DNA from: an uncultured Gemmatimonadales bacterium
GTDB lineage: Bacteria > Gemmatimonadota > Gemmatimonadetes > Gemmatimonadales > Gemmatimonadaceae
Direction: 5' to 3'
Length of the DNA stretch: 64,000 nt
NCBI GenBank assembly: GCA_963707505.1
Contig: CAVPQB010000001.1
Coordinates: 32,001 to 96,000, forward strand
The notes under the pieces are model-generated. The model saw only the letters and a program-made list of their open reading frames with translations, made no database searches and was not told where the DNA came from. Below, one piece after another: positions 63,871 through 64,000 of the stretch. A program made the translations under genes and the position numbers. Positions within the stretch are counted from its first letter, which is position 1; every line of letters starts with the position of its first letter.

Positions 63871-64000
63871 TCATGCAGCGACCAGAGGAACCAGCTCGGT
63901 CATGTCCGCGACTGCGGTTCTGAAAGCTGCCAGGGCGTCGAGAACGGTCGGATCGAAAGCGGTCCCACGGCCCTCGTTCAGGATTCGGGACGATTCTATC
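63871..64000 (-). CDS. 3' end of a probable HD-GYP domain protein (truncated by the window)
   Basis: Manual translation IESSRILNEGRGTAFDPTVLDALAAF...*, matching the G-x-G-x-x-FDP C-terminal HD-GYP motif. Confidence 0.65.
   Translation of the reverse strand, partial: IESSRILNEGRGTAFDPTVLDALAAFRTAVADMTELVPLVAA

Overview
High-GC bacterial chromosomal segment. Gene content (an expansion of Hanks-type Ser/Thr kinases, many secreted peptidases, DUF5916, tandem TonB-C) suggests Gemmatimonadota or a similar soil lineage; this is an inference. 1-17.9 kb: six paralogous Ser/Thr kinases, five in a tightly coupled head-to-tail array, each with an N-terminal kinase joined to one of two sensor types (TolB-N-like+TPR, or PD40/TolB beta-propeller). 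One copy combines the kinase subtype of one class with the sensor of the other. 18.05-18.64 kb: an in-frame chimera of a type I R-M HsdM N-terminus and a YgjP/DUF45 HExxH C-terminus, apparently the scar of a deleted hsdM-hsdS-hsdR-ygjP locus. 18.6-46 kb: secreted hydrolases and peptidases (BNR/VPS10-like, S10, S15, GH2, S8, EcxA-like, gluzincin-like), a phd-vapC TA pair with a clear promoter/operator, plant/chlamydial-type FabI and a DEAD-box helicase. 46-64 kb: MATE, dioxygenase, tkt, kynB-like cyclase, ComEC-like MBL + DUF3006, FAD/Rieske oxidoreductase, a 2.8k-aa cyclic beta-1,2-glucan synthase and the end of an HD-GYP gene. Several REP-like intergenic palindromes are present. About ten single-base indels in four genes most likely reflect read or polishing error. 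No rRNA, tRNA, CRISPR array or intact transposase was seen.
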